38,981 nt of DNA from a virus. Its lineage: Duplodnaviria > Caudoviricetes. A program made the position numbers and the translations under genes. Below are positions 36,508 through 38,981 of this stretch, piece by piece; the first letter of the stretch is position 1; each line of letters starts with the position of its first letter. The notes below the pieces were generated by a model. It made no database searches. It was given only the letters and a program-made list of their open reading frames with translations, and was not told the origin of the DNA. The stretch is from IMG/VR virus record IMGVR_UViG_3300033481_000005, positions 1 to 38,981 of that record; one strand, given 5' to 3'.

Positions 36508-36547
36508 TGCCCCTAGGTCGTGGTGATCTGGGGGCATTCTTTTTTTT
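36508..36547 (+). terminator. Intrinsic terminator
   Basis: 12-bp stem tgcccctaggtc/gatctgggggca followed by a T run. Confidence 0.85.
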
Positions 36548-36557
36548 GCGAATCGCC

Positions 36558-36586
36558 TTGACGTGAATGATGCGTTAGCGCATCAT
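36558..36586 (+). promoter_or_regulatory. Leaderless sigma70 promoter with overlapping operator
   Basis: TTGACG-17-CATCAT-6-ATG; ATGATGCG-ttag-CGCATCAT. Confidence 0.75.
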
Positions 36587-36592
36587 CGGGAC

Positions 36593-36796
36593 ATGGCTAA
36601 CGCGACGAACAGCAAGGCGACCGAGGAAGAGATCAAGATGTACGCGGACGCGATTTTCGCGGAGTTGCCAGAGGAGGAGGCCAGGGAACTTGTGCTCTCC
36701 GCTCTGGCAATGAATGACGACCCACGTTCCGCTCACGAGCTGTCAGTAGAGTTTGGCGCCTCTGAGGAGGCGATCCGAGGAATCCAGCACTGGTGA
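36593..36796 (+). CDS. Acidic hypothetical early protein
   Basis: ATG 6 nt after the -10 box. Confidence 0.65.
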   Translation: MANATNSKATEEEIKMYADAIFAELPEEEARELVLSALAMNDDPRSAHELSVEFGASEEAIRGIQHW

Positions 36797-36870
36797 TCGG
36801 GACAAGCAAAGTCCAGGGGCGCGCTCTAAAATGGGCCGCCCCTTAGGGCGTTGAGAGGCAGGTAATCATC

Positions 36871-37098
36871 ATGAAAAAAACCATCAAATCGGCAATTGAC
36901 GAAAGCATCCGTCACATCAGCATAGTGCACCTCGACGTCGATAGCCTCGAATGTCAGGACGCACAGGACCTGACGCGGATGTCGGACGGACACGTTGACA
37001 CAGGCGATGGAGTGCTGGAGTGCTGGGGAAAGGACGACGATGGAGGAGCGTGGCGCGTGCACCTGCGAGTCAAGGATCCTGCTCCGTCGTACGAGTAA
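36871..37098 (+). CDS. Hypothetical early protein
   Basis: AGGT SD; ECWG...WRVHL. Confidence 0.65.
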   Translation: MKKTIKSAIDESIRHISIVHLDVDSLECQDAQDLTRMSDGHVDTGDGVLECWGKDDDGGAWRVHLRVKDPAPSYE

Positions 37099-37169
37099 TC
37101 CGACGCTGACACGGCCCGCCAACGGTGACGGGCCGAAGTCAGCGCCGCATCGCGGCGAGGGAGACGGCC

Positions 37170-37478
37170 ATGAAAGAGACAATTGGTACGCTGTTCGCAA
37201 TTCTGTTCGTAATCATAATTGCAGCGACGCTAGCTGGCATGCCTGGTTGCGCCGCGCACGAGGAGACGGCCGAAGCAGAGCTCCCCTACGCGTGCGAGCA
37301 GGGCGATCCTGTCGAGCCGGAGCCTGGTAAGTGTCTACGAATCACAGGTGAGTTTCGCCTTGGCGGGATGTCTCGCGGCGCGTGCCACGACGTGTGGGAT
37401 GTGCTGCACGAGGCAACGATCTCGACTCCGATGGTGGCGTCGGGAAACTACGAGCTGAAGGATGTGGTGTGCAAATGA
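37170..37478 (+). CDS. Cys-rich lipoprotein (paralogue of 26075-26413)
   Basis: GGAG SD; MKETIGTLFAILFVIIIAATLAGMPG-C. Confidence 0.7.
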   Translation: MKETIGTLFAILFVIIIAATLAGMPGCAAHEETAEAELPYACEQGDPVEPEPGKCLRITGEFRLGGMSRGACHDVWDVLHEATISTPMVASGNYELKDVVCK

Positions 37479-37999
37479 CGAACGATGAAATTCTGAACAT
37501 CAGGTTGGTTGACTGCGGCGGCGCGAAAACGATACGCCAGTACTTCGCTCTCATCGCGTCTGAAGTGTGGACGCAGGGAGAAGGGTTCAGCGGGAAGCAC
37601 GGAATCGGAGGGAGCGACTGGCAAACGGATATCTACACGGCTCTCATCAAAGCTGGAGCTGTTGATGGCGAGATCGATGACGACGGGTTCATCACGGAGT
37701 GCGACTACGATGAGGCAGACTTCGTCCTAAAGGAAGCAATCGAGAGCATGGGTGAGTATGTTAGCGCGGAGCCTAAACGCAAGATGGTCGTGTTCGAGAA
37801 CAAAAAAGGAGGACATTCTGCAGTCGATCCGTCTGATGTTTCTACGGTTGTCACTGCTGGAACGATTCCACAGTCTGTAGATGTCTACATGCGTGGAAGC
37901 CACGGTGACTGCGCATACAGAGTGATCGGAACAGTTGTCGACATTGCAGCGAAGCTCGGCATCGAGCTTGTTGAGAGCATCGAATGCAAGCAGAAATGA
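37475..37999 (+). CDS. Two-domain conserved phage hypothetical protein
   Basis: GAKTIRQYF...EGFSGK..G.SDW..DIY..LIKAG N-terminal domain; small beta C-terminal domain. Confidence 0.7.
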   Translation: MTNDEILNIRLVDCGGAKTIRQYFALIASEVWTQGEGFSGKHGIGGSDWQTDIYTALIKAGAVDGEIDDDGFITECDYDEADFVLKEAIESMGEYVSAEPKRKMVVFENKKGGHSAVDPSDVSTVVTAGTIPQSVDVYMRGSHGDCAYRVIGTVVDIAAKLGIELVESIECKQK

Positions 38000-38337
38000 C
38001 AGCTGGACAGGCGCTGGACTGGATGATTGCGCATCCAGATGAGGAGCTGATTGACAGCCTAGGCGACCGTTGGCGTTACAGGGAATTCTCCACTGAGGTG
38101 AAGCACCCGGGAGACACGTGGGAGCCTGCGTCTATTGCCAGTTTCGTTCTCAATCGAAGATGGAGCATCCCCGAGCGCAAACTACCGGAGCTTCCGGAGG
38201 GGGCGGAATACGTCCTAAATGACAAAGCTCCGTACGTACGGTGCAGCAACGGTTACCACTTTTACTTTGTGACCTCACCAGAGGTGGCCAAAGTCTACCG
38301 CGTGCTTGCGGAAGAATTCGAGACGAGACCGAAGTGA
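37996..38337 (+). CDS. Hypothetical protein
   Basis: ATGA-coupled; MTAGQALDWM start. Confidence 0.65.
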   Translation: MTAGQALDWMIAHPDEELIDSLGDRWRYREFSTEVKHPGDTWEPASIASFVLNRRWSIPERKLPELPEGAEYVLNDKAPYVRCSNGYHFYFVTSPEVAKVYRVLAEEFETRPK

Positions 38338-38376
38338 GAAACACCAAACGACTGACGAAAGTGGACTAAACTAGCA

Positions 38377-38649
38377 ATGGATCCGAAAATGCTACAAGAG
38401 ATTGCGTCGATGGCGCTATCCGCGATAGTCGAGACGAACAAGAGAGTCGCTGACGGGTACGGACTAGGAGCAATTATGAACGGAATCGGCGTCGTTGTGA
38501 TTGTTACCGACGAAAGCAACGAGCGCCACGCCGTAGCGATTGCTGCTGAGAGCGGGAAGCCGTTCGCTGAATCGTTCGCGAAGTCAATCGCCACTGCTGT
38601 CAACATCTCAAACGAATGCGGGATGAGGAAAGCAGAGAAACCGTCGTGA
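38377..38649 (+). CDS. Hypothetical protein
   Basis: ORF in operon orientation. Confidence 0.55.
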   Translation: MDPKMLQEIASMALSAIVETNKRVADGYGLGAIMNGIGVVVIVTDESNERHAVAIAAESGKPFAESFAKSIATAVNISNECGMRKAEKPS

Positions 38650-38921
38650 TTGAAGGAACTGGTGTTTTTGTCTGCGGTGTTGAACTCCGAGGCAACGACT
38701 TGTGCATGATTGCCGAGAAGTTCACATTCCAGTTCTGTATATTCAGGCAGTACGCGCAAGACGGACACGGTTGGCAAGGCAGTGTGACTATCCACGGGAC
38801 AAATGTGGTGTCCTGCGATCATCTTCCTGACGCAGCTTCGTGCGCGAGTCTGCTTACCAGAAAAGTCAGACTCCTATGCAGAGCGATCGTTGAACTCGCT
38901 GCGGAGCCTGGTGACGGTTAG
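38646..38921 (+). CDS. Hypothetical protein
   Basis: GTGA overlap; runs into the terminal repeat. Confidence 0.55.
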   Translation: MIEGTGVFVCGVELRGNDLCMIAEKFTFQFCIFRQYAQDGHGWQGSVTIHGTNVVSCDHLPDAASCASLLTRKVRLLCRAIVELAAEPGDG

Positions 38922-38961
38922 CATCATCCCAATCGCGATTGCCGTTCTGCTCGTTGTCATC
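38836..38961. repeat. Second copy of the terminal repeat (1-126)
   Basis: Exact match by eye. Confidence 0.95.
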
Positions 38962-38981
38962 AGGCTCCGCAGCGAGTTCAA

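Noticed and set aside
38961-38981. Terminal 21 nt are the reverse complement of 38890-38910 (hairpin end / protelomere?)
   Set aside because: They occur only after the duplicated end and disagree with the continuation at 127+; no protelomerase is seen. Most likely a fold-back chimeric read.

Overview
The window appears to be one complete, circularly permuted tailed-phage genome of about 38,835 bp. Bases 1-126 recur at 38836-38961, and the last ~20 nt look like a fold-back artefact. The gene order is podovirus-like (portal, scaffold, capsid, adaptor, nozzle, three ejection proteins, no tape measure). Four transcription units are inferred: (i) a leftward late operon from 20989 to ~180 (head, tail, fibres, lysis); (ii) terL alone on the opposite strand; (iii) a leftward middle operon from 32373 to ~22600 (two HTH proteins, RusA-like protein, replication initiator with internal iterons, TerS candidate, C2H2 finger, PRTase); (iv) a rightward early region from 32455 (YqaJ exonuclease plus annealase, tRNA-like element, many small ORFs). 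I recognise no integrase, polymerase or CI-type repressor. Cys-rich lipoproteins with Gly/Ser/Thr linkers suggest a Myxococcota-type host (inference only). Most notable: an unusual coupled lysis cassette (holin-like/lipoprotein fusion, Tad2/DUF2829, papain-like lipoprotein, CHAP); a divergent terL sharing a 43-bp bidirectional leaderless control region with the head operon; a five-site GATGC-N6-GCATC operator regulon on leaderless promoters; a doubled S74 motif in an ejection protein; two paralogous lipoproteins; and a tRNA-like RNA with a non-canonical anticodon loop. All calls come from reading motifs by eye; no database search was run.
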